In this document: positions 19,401-30,521 of the stretch, piece after piece
Layout of the letters: each line of letters begins with the position of its first letter
How positions within the stretch are numbered: position 1 is the first letter of the stretch
Source of the DNA: an uncultured virus (IMG/VR IMGVR_UViG_3300023210_000030)
Taxonomy: Duplodnaviria; Heunggongvirae; Uroviricota; Caudoviricetes; Crassvirales
Virus record (IMG/VR): IMGVR_UViG_3300023210_000030
Length of the DNA stretch: 64,000 nt
Direction: 5' to 3' (one strand)
Translations under genes and position numbers: made by a program
Notes under the pieces: generated by a model
What the model saw: only the letters and a program-made list of their open reading frames with translations
What the model was told of the DNA's origin: nothing
The model's database searches: none

Positions 19401-21081
19401 CAACAGTTTCTTTAGTTTCTTTAGTTTCTTTAGTTGTTTCAGTTACTTTTGTTTCTTCAATTGCCTGCATTTCTGCAATTATTTTTTTTCTTCTTTCCTT
19501 AGCAGCCTGTGATTTATTTCCCTCTAATTTATTTAATTCTTCTTGTAAAGGAACTAATTTGTCTAAAGTTTTTTGAGGAATATCAGGTTTAGCATCTAAA
19601 ATTTCTTTTTGAGCGTTTGCTTTTTGTTTTATTTTATTTCTTCTTTCTTCAGCAACTTTTTTTAATTCAGGATTGTTGGTTATAGTAATTTCTGTTGCTG
19701 CAAAATCTTTATCAGAAGAATTGTATACCATATCTTGCATAACATCAGGGTCTACTCTTGTTAAATCTTTTTGAGACTCATCAAACTTACTTTTATTAAT
19801 ATAATATTTTGGAGATTTGTATGCTGATATTGCAAGTGTACCTGGAAGTGTAGCTGTACCTGCCGCACCTTCAAATAATATTTCTGCTGCATCCATTTCT
19901 TGACCTGCTGCAAGTCTACCTCCTATTTCTCCAAGAGACCCTCCTACAGCCTCAATGGCCCCTACTTTAACTCCTGCTTTTAGACTTTTTTTTACGCCAT
20001 ATGCTGCTTTCTTACCTAAAGTTCTTGCCCCTACTTTAATACCTACTTTAGAAGCAATACCATCAATAGCTCCAATAACAGCTCCTCTTGCTGCCGCCCT
20101 ATTTCTTATACTACTCATTGCATCATCACTCTCTAAAACATCTCTTACACCTGCCTCATCAAATTTCAACCCTCTATCTAAAACTTCTTTTTGTAAAAGT
20201 TCTGCAAAAGTCAATCCTGTTTCTAATGTCACACCTGCACCTGCAAAAGCTCCTAAAGCTGTTCCAAGAACAGGAACTGCAGAACCTCCTAAACCTCCTA
20301 CTGCCGCACCTGCTAAAACAGTAGGGTTTAACATAGCGCTAACTGAAGAAACAAATAATTGTCCTATGGTACTTGGGTTAGCAATAACTCCTTTTACCCA
20401 TCCCCATGCACCACCACCATTTTCTGCGTAAATGCGATTAAAATCTTTCATCTCATCAGACACCCCTGCATTTTGCATTCTGCTTTGAGCTGCTAAAAAA
20501 TCTTGAATATCATCTGAAGTAATATCCATTCCCGTCCTGGATTTACCCATAAGTTCTAAAGCTTCATCTACTGTACCTCCTTGCGCTTGCCCTTGAACTC
20601 CTGCACGCCACATATCTCCAAAGAAATCTGTAAATTCATTTTTACCAAAAGTACGCTCTAAAGCTGTGCTTTTTTCTCCTACCGATAAATTTTCCATCTG
20701 AGAGTCAGACCCTATAGGACTATAAGGTTTTACTTCTGCTTGATTAAAATCAAGATTTTGTTCGTTTAAATAAGCCGAAGAAATAGGCTGAACTCCCTCC
20801 TCTTCTTGTAAAACTTCCTCCGTAATTTCCATGTCCCCAGAACCATCTGAATCCACTGGAACGGGTTGAGGCTGATCTTTTTTTTTTACACCTTTATCAA
20901 TACCAAATAAAACACTAAAATCTTGTTCCGAGCCATTATACCCTGTTTCTTTAAAATATTTATAAGTATCTTTTACAGCATTAGGATTTGTCGCCATTAA
21001 TTGCACGTAATCTTCTAAAGAACCTTTATATCCAGTTTCTTTAAAATATTTATATCCGTCTTGTATAGCTTGTTCGTTCAT
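13486..21081 (-). CDS. giant internal virion (ejected, polyvalent-type) protein; one frame with a single in-frame TGA at 19168-19170
   Basis: Track ORFs 19168..21081 and 13486..18825 share a frame and the gap translates without further stops; contains a Gly/Ala-rich hydrophobic segment, an ART-like GYDS...E segment and an HEVFH + EEYMAE metallopeptidase motif. Confidence 0.8.
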
Positions 21082-21086
21082 TATGC

Positions 21087-22826
21087 TTATGTATTGTAAT
21101 TTGATCCTGTTCCGCTATTAGGTGCTGTGTACCCTGGCATATCTTCACCATAAATTTCATTATACTTATCATTATTATATTTATTTATAGCTGGATTTAT
21201 AACATCTGATTGCACAAGTTCCCAAATATTTGCATTTGACCTTCCTCTTATCTTAGGTATTACTAAACGTTCTCCTCCAAGCTCCACAACCATAAATTCA
21301 TCTTCTCTCTTACCGTTCCTTCCTGCACCTTCATATTGTCTTTCAGCTTCTTGCCATGTTTTAAATGAATTTTTTGTTGCTCCATTATTTAAATCTGCAT
21401 CAGGAATACGATAGGCTTTTCCTCTTCCTCCTCTTTGTGAACCACCTACTACAGTGTAATAAACTTCATATGTTTTTTCACCAGTTGATGGGTCTACTAC
21501 TTCTTTAATTGATTTACCATCTATATAATTTATACTTAAACCTTGACCACTATTGTTAAAAAACTGTTGCACTGGCGCTGGAACATATGACTTTGTAGCG
21601 TCATAATAAGTAGATTGTATTTCTGCATCTGTATCAGAACTACCTAAATCCGAAGATCCCCTACCAACATCTTTTTCTAATTCATCTTCTATATAATCAA
21701 GTCCTGTAGTATTTAATTGATTAGGGCCTATCACTCTTGGTTGTGCAAAATCAGGTAACGGTCTTTCTGTTTTTCTCCATAACTCTTCATTTCTACGATC
21801 ATCTACTTTAGAAGACCCATCTCTTGTTCTAACAGCTTTTATTTTACTGTCCATCTGATCTTTCATTACTTCTTCTAAATATTCTTTAGCAGCTAATTCT
21901 TGTTTTGTCCATCTGTCTCCTTTTATAATAGTAGGTTGATTGTCTTCAGAATAGTCTATATGTATAGCATTTTCATTAGTATCATTTAAATCTGTTGTAG
22001 TGTAATAATCTTGACCCATAGAGTCTACCAATACACTTGCAACATCTAAATCTTTAACCATAAATCCATCTATATATTTAGATACCTTAGCTGACTGTCC
22101 TTCCCAGAATTTAGTAGCATCACCAATTTGACCTGCCTCTTTCATAGTAATACCTAAACCATCTACTATAGCACTTGTTCTATCTTGTACATTAAATTTA
22201 TCTAATCTAAAACCTAATCTTTTATTCATCCCTGTAAAAGGCATATGTTTAGAAGGGTCTTTTGGTATACTACCATCTTCATTAGGTCTAACTAAAGAAA
22301 TATCTCCCGATGTAGGGTTTACATATTGCACTAAACCTTTTAAGTTTCCAAAAGCTAATGCTGACTTAGCAAAATTTTGTTCAATTAATGAAGAGCCTGC
22401 AAAATTTGTTGAAGGATCAGCTTTTATACGTTCTTGATATTCTTTATAAGACTTATCATAATTTTTAGCAGCTTTACTAAAATCTGCAAAATTATTTGAA
22501 ATACGATCTCTTGCTTTAGTTAAATCTGTTTGATTAATTAATCCGTCTGTATATAATTTATTTTGTATAGATAAAAACTCTTGAGCTCCACCTGAAGCAT
22601 CAATAACTAAACTATTAAGCGTGTTGTTATCATACTGTTCGTGATCACGCAATGTTCTATTAGCTTCATACGTCTTATCTTCTTCTTCACTTAATTTAAG
22701 TTCTTTTTCTTTTTTTATTGCACTTAATTGAGTTGTTAAACCAGAGGCAACTGTTCCCCAATCAATAGTTGATTTAGTTAAATCTTCAGGAACAAACGTG
22801 TTAAAATTTATATTTTGTCTTGCCAT
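21087..22826 (-). CDS. putative internal virion (ejection) protein
   Basis: 579 aa, helical; lies between the tail genes and the giant protein. Confidence 0.6.
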   Translation of the reverse strand: MARQNINFNTFVPEDLTKSTIDWGTVASGLTTQLSAIKKEKELKLSEEEDKTYEANRTLRDHEQYDNNTLNSLVIDASGGAQEFLSIQNKLYTDGLINQTDLTKARDRISNNFADFSKAAKNYDKSYKEYQERIKADPSTNFAGSSLIEQNFAKSALAFGNLKGLVQYVNPTSGDISLVRPNEDGSIPKDPSKHMPFTGMNKRLGFRLDKFNVQDRTSAIVDGLGITMKEAGQIGDATKFWEGQSAKVSKYIDGFMVKDLDVASVLVDSMGQDYYTTTDLNDTNENAIHIDYSEDNQPTIIKGDRWTKQELAAKEYLEEVMKDQMDSKIKAVRTRDGSSKVDDRRNEELWRKTERPLPDFAQPRVIGPNQLNTTGLDYIEDELEKDVGRGSSDLGSSDTDAEIQSTYYDATKSYVPAPVQQFFNNSGQGLSINYIDGKSIKEVVDPSTGEKTYEVYYTVVGGSQRGGRGKAYRIPDADLNNGATKNSFKTWQEAERQYEGAGRNGKREDEFMVVELGGERLVIPKIRGRSNANIWELVQSDVINPAINKYNNDKYNEIYGEDMPGYTAPNSGTGSNYNT

Positions 22827-22828
22827 AA

Positions 22829-23893
22829 TTAAAATTGTGATTTAATTCCGTACTTAAGTAATATATCATCATAAGATACTTGAGGAAGTGGTACATAACC
22901 TGGTATACCCATATTAGGGTCTTGAGTAGTAGGAGGTGGAGCTAAAGAACCCCCCGCTGCTTGAATTGCAGAATTTCTTTGTTGACCTATAATATTATTT
23001 GGATTTGGACCTGTGTTATAATTCATTTCTACTATAGACTCATCCATCAATTCTTTATCACTTAAACCACCAAGAGTGATAGGCCCTGCATCCATATCTA
23101 TTAACTGATTTAACTGCTTTTTTTGCAAGTCCAATGTGTTTTGAATTACAGGATCACTTCCATCTTTATTTACAGAAGGTTTAGGCATTTCTAATCCTGC
23201 AGGAAGCGTGCCTAAACTCATTAAACCATCTTCAATAGGACCACCGTCTGCATTAAAAAATAAATTTTTATACTGATCAGGATTTGCTGTATAATCTGCA
23301 TAAGATATATTGTTTTTATCTAATGTAGATTTTAAAGCTTTTGTATCTTTACTCATAGGGTTTTCAGGAATATCTTTTGCCAGTGTAGTAGCCATGTTTG
23401 TTAAAGAATTAATACCACTCATAGTAGCCCCCGCCACAACCTGTCTTGTTTGTGCATCTCTTGCTGCCTTATCTTGTAACTGAGCCGTTTCAATAGCTAA
23501 AAGCTGTTGATTTATCTCACTCTGTTCACCCATCTGCAACGCTTCAATTTCTTGTAACCTATCTGTTTGTGAAAGACGAACAGCTTCATTGGCTGCCGTT
23601 TGAGAAGCACCTATTCTTCCTGCTAATGCAGCAACCTCTCTTGGTCCCGCTTCTCTTGCAGCATTTACTAAATCTGCATTTACTTGTAAGTTTTGCTCAA
23701 ACTGCTGTTCATATAAATCTGTATTTAAACTAAGCTTATCAGTAAACTTAACTCCTGCTCTGTCTTTTAATTTCGCCATTTCTTTAGCGGCCTGTCTGTT
23801 TGCTTTTCTATTGTCTTCTGCAGCTTTAGAAGCTTGTGCAAAGCTTAAACCTGCGCTTCCTAAACCAATAGCTATTGTTGTTATTGCTCCCAT
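22829..23893 (-). CDS. putative internal virion (ejection) protein
   Basis: Hydrophobic Gly/Ala N-terminus followed by an Ala/Gln-rich coiled coil, as in podovirus ejection proteins. Confidence 0.65.
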   Translation of the reverse strand: MGAITTIAIGLGSAGLSFAQASKAAEDNRKANRQAAKEMAKLKDRAGVKFTDKLSLNTDLYEQQFEQNLQVNADLVNAAREAGPREVAALAGRIGASQTAANEAVRLSQTDRLQEIEALQMGEQSEINQQLLAIETAQLQDKAARDAQTRQVVAGATMSGINSLTNMATTLAKDIPENPMSKDTKALKSTLDKNNISYADYTANPDQYKNLFFNADGGPIEDGLMSLGTLPAGLEMPKPSVNKDGSDPVIQNTLDLQKKQLNQLIDMDAGPITLGGLSDKELMDESIVEMNYNTGPNPNNIIGQQRNSAIQAAGGSLAPPPTTQDPNMGIPGYVPLPQVSYDDILLKYGIKSQF

Positions 23894-23894
23894 A

Positions 23895-24302
23895 TTATAT
23901 TTTTTTAATCATTTCTGTTGCGTTTGATTCTCCTTCTATGTATCCTAACTCTTTATATAACTCAATTAAAGGTTTATTTTTTAAAAGTGAATATATATAT
24001 TTTTTTCCTAAATTAGAAGATAACGATGTTATTGTTTCTATTAACATATATAAAGCTTCTTTTCTAATTATTTTATTTTTAAATTTAAAATTAGATATAA
24101 CCCACTCTAAAAGAACTACATCAGAATTTGTTATATACATATATGCTGCACATATAGGTTCGTCATTATAATAAACCATATACCCCGTTTCAGGTAAAAA
24201 ATCCTTCGCAGGAGGTGTCCATCTCCAATCATTCCACCAATCACATAACACATTGTCATAATCATCATCGGATAGTGGTTTTATATTAAAACTCATTATC
24301 AC
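23895..24302 (-). CDS. GNAT-fold acetyltransferase-like protein
   Basis: GYMVY...PICAAYMY...LEWVISN...LIELYKELGY; position matches the T7 gp13-like slot before ejection genes. Confidence 0.65.
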   Translation of the reverse strand: MIMSFNIKPLSDDDYDNVLCDWWNDWRWTPPAKDFLPETGYMVYYNDEPICAAYMYITNSDVVLLEWVISNFKFKNKIIRKEALYMLIETITSLSSNLGKKYIYSLLKNKPLIELYKELGYIEGESNATEMIKKI

Positions 24303-24309
24303 AAAGATA
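24302..24309 (-). promoter_or_regulatory. Bacteroidota sigma70 -7 element
   Basis: TATCTTTG on the - strand just upstream of the GNAT gene, which suggests an ATG start at 24296. Confidence 0.6.
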
Positions 24310-24316
24310 ATAAATT

Positions 24317-25078
24317 CTATGGATAACTTTGCATGATGCTACTGCCTACAGAAAACAACTCAACTGGTGTTATTGTTGTTAAAGGAAGCTCTAATGTAAA
24401 TTGTAAAAAATATCCTCTTGCTCCATTTGACTCTGCTATAGGGTTTTTATAATAAAATATAAAGTCTCCAGGATTTAACACTGGGAAAATCCCTGTATAT
24501 AAAACTTCTATACTTTTAGCTTTTTTAGATGTTAGCGTTCCAATTAATGTATTAGATGCTCCCGATTGCAAATATACTTGATCGCCATAATTAATAATAC
24601 TTCCTACATCTTCAGAAAAAGTTAAAGTTATAGTACTTGCAGGTACTGCAGCAGCTGAACTTAATAAATTAGCCAATCCATTAGCAGACCTTAATTTAAA
24701 GTCTAAAGTTTTTGATGTATTTCTTATATAGCTAAACCACTCCCCTTCTTTTTGTTCAAAGTAAGTGTCTAACATAGATCCTGTATTTAAATCTGTAATA
24801 AGTTCTTTACACTCCCAAGCCGCATTACTTTCAAGAGACATTGTTTTAAATACTTTTATTTGTTGAGGTCTAAAATTAAACACTCCTGTAATAGATGAAC
24901 TATATTGTTGTTCGTAATAATTATTTCTTAGTGGATTAGTGTTGTGCCTATAAAGATTACCGCCATCAAAGCTGTAAAAATAACTATTCATTCCCATCAT
25001 GTATTCAGGAATATAAGAGTAAAATGAAGGCCATCCTTTGGACCCTTCGCTATAAGATAAAGTTTCTTCGTTTGCCAT
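24317..25078 (-). CDS. tail nozzle/stabilisation protein, C-terminal part encoded separately
   Basis: TLSYSEGSKGWPSFYSYIP...SFDGGNLYRHN...KVFKTMSLES...EQKEGEWFSYI...RGYF. Confidence 0.6.
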   Translation of the reverse strand: MANEETLSYSEGSKGWPSFYSYIPEYMMGMNSYFYSFDGGNLYRHNTNPLRNNYYEQQYSSSITGVFNFRPQQIKVFKTMSLESNAAWECKELITDLNTGSMLDTYFEQKEGEWFSYIRNTSKTLDFKLRSANGLANLLSSAAAVPASTITLTFSEDVGSIINYGDQVYLQSGASNTLIGTLTSKKAKSIEVLYTGIFPVLNPGDFIFYYKNPIAESNGARGYFLQFTLELPLTTITPVELFSVGSSIMQSYP

Positions 25079-25086
25079 AATTTATT

Positions 25087-25260
25087 TTAACAAGTTTCGC
25101 AATCTCCTAACACTCCTGTTGTTTTATTCCAATATCTTTTAAACCCCCCAAACGCATAAAAATCAGATTCAGCAAAAACAGTTAAGTCTGCATCTAAAAA
25201 AATTGCGGTTGCGCTACAAAAAAAAGTTCCATCAAAAAATATATTTAGTGTCGTTGGCAT
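25087..25260 (-). CDS. small Cys-terminated structural module protein
   Basis: ATG at 25260 right after the nozzle stop; 57 aa ending CETC. Confidence 0.65.
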   Translation of the reverse strand: MPTTLNIFFDGTFFCSATAIFLDADLTVFAESDFYAFGGFKRYWNKTTGVLGDCETC

Positions 25261-25261
25261 T

Positions 25262-28200
25262 TTAACAAGTTTGTGTTTGTGAAGCAATACATATACCGTT
25301 ACTTATTTGTATTACTATATTAGAATTATTACTCCATTGATCTGAAACAGAATACCATCCATCAGCAGGTACATCAGTAGGGTCGCAAGTTGTAAAGTTA
25401 GCATTATAAATCATATTCCCAACCACAGGAATAGGTCCAGCACCATCATGACTTCTTCCTACTAAACTTCCATTATAAGGAAACTGTCCTGAACCATTTA
25501 AACAAGCAGCAAGTGGAGATGCTTGAGGGTCAGCAGTCATAACATTAGGAGTGCATAGCCCAACACAAGTACAAACAAGATTGGTATCACTATCTCTACA
25601 CCCTGCAGCTCCTGTTTTATCTCTCATATCATATACTAATATTACTTGAGGTACATTAACTCGTGTTATAGTATAGCCTTCTCCTGGAGCAACTATTATT
25701 TCAGGAACACCAGTGAGACTGTTTCCTGTCTGTATTAAATTAGGGGCAATAGTAAGAATTTTACCAACAGATCCTGATGCAGCTGTAACAATATCATTAA
25801 CATAAAATGTTAATGTAGTAAAATCTACTGAATTGTCAGCTATATAATTTGCAGGAGCTATTGGTGAATTGGTATTTGAATATGTTGTTAGTGATATTGG
25901 TAAATTAGTGTACTGTGCTTCAAATTTATTGTCTATATTATTAACAACAGTTAAAGGAGTTTTAGTTGATAAATCAGAAATTAAATTTTGATTACACCCT
26001 GCTATGATTGTTCTTTGAGTAAAAGCATACATTTTATGTCCACGACTTGCATCAAACTTAACATTATCTTGATTTGGATAGTCTAATGAGTCTACAAACA
26101 TATTAATTGTTGTTCCCCCATATGGTATTACACCTGAAGAAGCAATACCACTGTCTGATACAATACTTATTGTTCCAAAAGAAGGAGGACAGTCACGTTG
26201 TGATGGGGTTACGTTTCTTGCTAAGTTATTACTTACAGGACTTATATATATTCCATCTGTCCAATTAAATCCAAAATGAAATTGAGGGTTTCTACTTCTT
26301 GGAGCTGCTGCTAAAACATATTGAGTTACAAAAGTGTCAGATTTTGCTGTTATACACTTAGGATCTATACTGTAAGTACATTTTTCAGAAGGTATAACAG
26401 TAATATCTATTGTTGTAGGAAACATAGTTGTTTTAGCAACTTTTAAGCCTCCTGCTCCAGATAATGCTGTTCCTATTGTATCTACACCATTAAATGTTGC
26501 TGTAATATCTAATGTTGCTGTATTTGGATTAGAAATATTATAACCAATATTAACAGTTCCCACTACTGCTCCTACTTCAATGCTAACATTATAAGTTGCT
26601 GATTGCGATTGAGGAGTAATAACTCTTCCGCAAGGAGAAACAGGAGTTTTAACTGGTATTAATTTAGTGTTAGAAGAAAAAACATATTCATCCATGTAAG
26701 GATCATACCCTCCTAATTTTTGTGTATTTAATTGAGTAATAAATTTATCTCTAAAATAAGACCTCATTCCTGTGTCAGAAATAACTGTTAATGATTCATT
26801 ATTAACAGCTCCTCCTGTTAATTGTATTATAGCTCCTCTTTTTGTATCACTAAAATAAATATTCTTACCCCAAGATGTAAAACTTTCAGGATTAAAACTT
26901 ATACCATACTCTTCTATTCGAGCTATTTGTTTTCCTAAAACTTCTGGCACCGAAACTATTGCTCCCCCTCCTACTGAATCGCTAATAATATTTTTACCTG
27001 TTAAAACATAAGATATTCTATCTTCTTGTAATACTAATATATCTGTTTCTCTGGAATGTAATTTCATTACAGGACCAAAGTTTGTTTCTAAATCTGAAAA
27101 ATTTGCTAAACCTAAATTAAATTCATTACTGTTATTTAACCCCGAAGAAGGATAATAAATACCACTATATGTTATACTTGACTGTCTTAGTTGTTTTGCA
27201 TATTCAATATTAGATATAGCTGTTGTTCGTTGTCCTAATGTTAAAGCTTTACCAACTGCACTATCTTCAATTTGATAACTTTCTGCTCCATTGCTAAATG
27301 AAAAACAATTAAAAAATGGTAATTGAATTATTGCAGGAGTTGCAGTAGCAATAGTCTGATTTTGTATATTTCCTTCATGAGCTAAATCTCCATTTAAATC
27401 TGTATCAATATTATACATTTCTGAAGAATCATAAAATAAATTAGGATCAGCATCAGGAGGTAAAGTTTCAAATATTAAAAGATTATCTTGTCCATAAAAC
27501 TCTATATTCATATCTACATGAGCAGGTCTCTTGTCAATTGATGAACCTCCTGATGGTAAATAAGCGTTTAGTTGTAAAAACCATTCTTTTTCTTCAGGGA
27601 CTATTAATGAGCCAGCTGTTCTTTGAAGAAACAAATATTTTAAACCTCCTCTGGTTGTTGGTCTATCTCCTGCACTTAAAAGTCCAAAAGTACCACTATA
27701 AGAAGACGGACTTAAAGAACTACCTCCGTCAATAAATCCAAATGGCGTTGTAGAAGTTGGTGTGTCATTTTCAACTTCAGGTGGTAATATCATTTGTGCT
27801 TGACCATCATTAGATGTTCCGCCTGCATAAGCCTCTATGTTTTCACCTACCCACCATTCTAAAAAATTATCATAGGCTAAAGGACTTACAAATGTCTGAG
27901 ACCATCTCCAGTCAAAACTTGGGTCGCTACCTCCTATAAAAGGATCCCATTCAGTTCTCCAAACTCTAAAACTAATTTTTATAATAGCCCCTTGAGGTAT
28001 AGGTGCTAATTCATATTGTTGAGATGTATCGTTAAAAATTTGAGGTACAGGGTAATTACAAAATGGATATGACCCTTCAGCTCTAATATTAATACCTGGA
28101 TTTTGACCAAAATTTATAGCATCTGTTATGTTTGCTGTAACATTAAAATTATTTGGTTTTATAGACATATATAAACCTGGTAAACTAATGTCAGTAATAA

Positions 28201-30520
28201 ATTCTCCTCGTTCTTTATTTTCTACAGCTAAAACTGTAGCAATTACAGATGTATTTAAAGCTCCTGAATCATCTCTTTTTACGTTAAATTGAGTTCCTTC
28301 TTTTACTAAAGTTTTATCTTCTCCTTCTAAAGCCATCCAAACTATTGAAGTGTCACTTGGGTCTTCATAAAATCTTCTTACATAAATAACATTATATGTT
28401 GCCCTGGATTGTTTTAAAACAAATTTATATTTTTTAGCCCAAAATGGAGGCTTGTTTCTTAAAGTTACGTTAATTCTATTTGTATTTACAGATGAACTTG
28501 AAGGAATAAAAACAGTGTTTTGAGAACTAACTAAAGCTGTAGATGCTCTTCCATAATCATCCATATAGACTAACCCTACCTCATAATCTCTGTTGCTATG
28601 TAAAGATCTTAAATTTTCTTGAAAAATTGGGCTGATTATAGGACGTAAAGGAGGATAAGGTGTAGGAATAGTAGTAACAACATCTTCTAAAACAAATCTA
28701 AAATAATTAAATATTTCAGTTCCTGATACCGTACCATCAAACCGTACAGCAGGAAATGCTATTGAAAAACAATCAAGCACTCCATTAATTTGATTAAACC
28801 TTTTAGCAGTAGGAATGTAAGAAAGTATCGCTGGATTTGTTGGACTGGAAAAACCTTCAAATGCAAATGTATATTGTTCTCCGCCTATAGTTCGTGTATC
28901 TGCTATATCAATCATAGTACGATTAAAAACATCCATAAAAGTTCCTCCTGTAGGCGCATCAGCAATGGCTGTACTTGGGTTTACATTTACACCTACAGCA
29001 TTTCTAAAGTTATCAGAATCTATCATATCAGCAGCAGATAAAAATTCTTGGTTAGCGGTATATGAAAAAGTTAATTTTATAGGATCAATAGCAGTTCCTA
29101 TTACGGCACCATCATTTAAAATTCCTAAGCTAAGAGCAGCCCCTGTTGTTCCTGAAGTTTCTACTGCATAAAATTGCATAGGAAAATCAAATACTGTACC
29201 TTGTTCAATAGGAAGTGGTACAGTAGATAAATCAAAAACTATTCTTGAATAATCAAGTGGACCCACATCATATAATACATAAGGAACAAGACTTACAGGA
29301 GTAAGTGAATAAGTAATTGTAACGGGATTATCATTAGTTAAAGCTAATGAAAATGGAGAGTTTAAATAAACTCCAGTTAAAGGGTCTGAAGTTAATAAAG
29401 CAGAGTAATTAATAGGTATTAGTTGACCGTTAATTGTTGATATATTATATCCTTCAGTATAATTACCCAACATTATTCTATTTCCTTGAATAGTTAAAGC
29501 TTGAGATAATAGGGGAACATTGTCATATTGTCTAAGTAATTCATCAGAACCTAAAGTTCCGTACACTTTACTTGCAGAAAATTGAAATTCTTTTTTCTCG
29601 TTATCATTCCAACCTAATTCACTTTTAACAAAACTTTCTATTATATATATAACATTTGAAGTGGATTCTTTATATAATAATTGTATTTCTAAAACATTTT
29701 TAGGCCCTGTACTATATTCTATTGTTGCAGAATTATATCTATTTATCATCCCATCGTTAATCATAGACTCAGGTTCTATATTAAAAGCTTTAGGCTGAAA
29801 TGCAGCTTGTGTAAATAATGATGTTGCACTATATTGTTTATCTAAATAACGATACCTATAAGCAAAAGATACAAAACGATCATTTAAAAAATTCTCTTCA
29901 TTATTAGTAGTTTCATTAAGAGTTACTGTAGGAACTGCTAAATCAAATTCTCTATTACCTGAAATAGGATTAAAAAAAGAAGAAAATCCTGGTGGTCTAA
30001 CAATAAGACTTATATCATCTTCTGTAAAAGTATCTACACCTCCTGATGGTAATCCGTATTTCCTATTTATATTTATTACCCTTGGAGGATTGTAATTGTC
30101 AGTAAAAAACAACAGCTCTTCCACTAATTGAACTCCTGTAATTAAATAAGAAGGATTAAAATTTAAAACAACAACACTTATAACATGATAAGTTGTTATT
30201 GCTGTAATACTATTATAAGATACAATTAAATTTACTGTAGTTCCATTTGGATTTTTATCATGAACAAACCAGTACATAGTTTCTCTTATAGCGTCTGCAT
30301 ATGCGCCTATACAAGTAGCGTTAACGGACAAAGGATTTCCTCCATACTGTAAAGTAGTTAATTTTTCGTTTCCTTTAGAATTTTCTACAGCTCCAATATC
30401 AGTAGCTTCTGTAGAACCTAATCTAACGTTTAATGCATTTTTGTATTCTCCTGGAGGAATTAAGCGTTCATCAACGCTCTTATTCATTCGCCCTGCTATA
30501 AAATTAGTATTAATATCCAT
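25262..30520 (-). CDS. tail nozzle/stabilisation (muzzle-like) protein
   Basis: NFIAGRMNKSVDERLIPPGEYKNALNVR, LFFTDNYNPPRVINI, FAYRYRY, LHSNRDYEVGLVYMDDYGR, YGISFNPESF, GGYDPY. Confidence 0.8.
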   Translation of the reverse strand: MDINTNFIAGRMNKSVDERLIPPGEYKNALNVRLGSTEATDIGAVENSKGNEKLTTLQYGGNPLSVNATCIGAYADAIRETMYWFVHDKNPNGTTVNLIVSYNSITAITTYHVISVVVLNFNPSYLITGVQLVEELLFFTDNYNPPRVININRKYGLPSGGVDTFTEDDISLIVRPPGFSSFFNPISGNREFDLAVPTVTLNETTNNEENFLNDRFVSFAYRYRYLDKQYSATSLFTQAAFQPKAFNIEPESMINDGMINRYNSATIEYSTGPKNVLEIQLLYKESTSNVIYIIESFVKSELGWNDNEKKEFQFSASKVYGTLGSDELLRQYDNVPLLSQALTIQGNRIMLGNYTEGYNISTINGQLIPINYSALLTSDPLTGVYLNSPFSLALTNDNPVTITYSLTPVSLVPYVLYDVGPLDYSRIVFDLSTVPLPIEQGTVFDFPMQFYAVETSGTTGAALSLGILNDGAVIGTAIDPIKLTFSYTANQEFLSAADMIDSDNFRNAVGVNVNPSTAIADAPTGGTFMDVFNRTMIDIADTRTIGGEQYTFAFEGFSSPTNPAILSYIPTAKRFNQINGVLDCFSIAFPAVRFDGTVSGTEIFNYFRFVLEDVVTTIPTPYPPLRPIISPIFQENLRSLHSNRDYEVGLVYMDDYGRASTALVSSQNTVFIPSSSSVNTNRINVTLRNKPPFWAKKYKFVLKQSRATYNVIYVRRFYEDPSDTSIVWMALEGEDKTLVKEGTQFNVKRDDSGALNTSVIATVLAVENKERGEFITDISLPGLYMSIKPNNFNVTANITDAINFGQNPGINIRAEGSYPFCNYPVPQIFNDTSQQYELAPIPQGAIIKISFRVWRTEWDPFIGGSDPSFDWRWSQTFVSPLAYDNFLEWWVGENIEAYAGGTSNDGQAQMILPPEVENDTPTSTTPFGFIDGGSSLSPSSYSGTFGLLSAGDRPTTRGGLKYLFLQRTAGSLIVPEEKEWFLQLNAYLPSGGSSIDKRPAHVDMNIEFYGQDNLLIFETLPPDADPNLFYDSSEMYNIDTDLNGDLAHEGNIQNQTIATATPAIIQLPFFNCFSFSNGAESYQIEDSAVGKALTLGQRTTAISNIEYAKQLRQSSITYSGIYYPSSGLNNSNEFNLGLANFSDLETNFGPVMKLHSRETDILVLQEDRISYVLTGKNIISDSVGGGAIVSVPEVLGKQIARIEEYGISFNPESFTSWGKNIYFSDTKRGAIIQLTGGAVNNESLTVISDTGMRSYFRDKFITQLNTQKLGGYDPYMDEYVFSSNTKLIPVKTPVSPCGRVITPQSQSATYNVSIEVGAVVGTVNIGYNISNPNTATLDITATFNGVDTIGTALSGAGGLKVAKTTMFPTTIDITVIPSEKCTYSIDPKCITAKSDTFVTQYVLAAAPRSRNPQFHFGFNWTDGIYISPVSNNLARNVTPSQRDCPPSFGTISIVSDSGIASSGVIPYGGTTINMFVDSLDYPNQDNVKFDASRGHKMYAFTQRTIIAGCNQNLISDLSTKTPLTVVNNIDNKFEAQYTNLPISLTTYSNTNSPIAPANYIADNSVDFTTLTFYVNDIVTAASGSVGKILTIAPNLIQTGNSLTGVPEIIVAPGEGYTITRVNVPQVILVYDMRDKTGAAGCRDSDTNLVCTCVGLCTPNVMTADPQASPLAACLNGSGQFPYNGSLVGRSHDGAGPIPVVGNMIYNANFTTCDPTDVPADGWYSVSDQWSNNSNIVIQISNGICIASQTQTC

Positions 30521-30521
30521 A

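Noticed and set aside
13486..21081. crAss-type virion RNA polymerase or tape-measure protein
   Set aside because: No DxDxD polymerase catalytic motif recognised and no tail tube/sheath context; motifs fit an ejected polyvalent protein better
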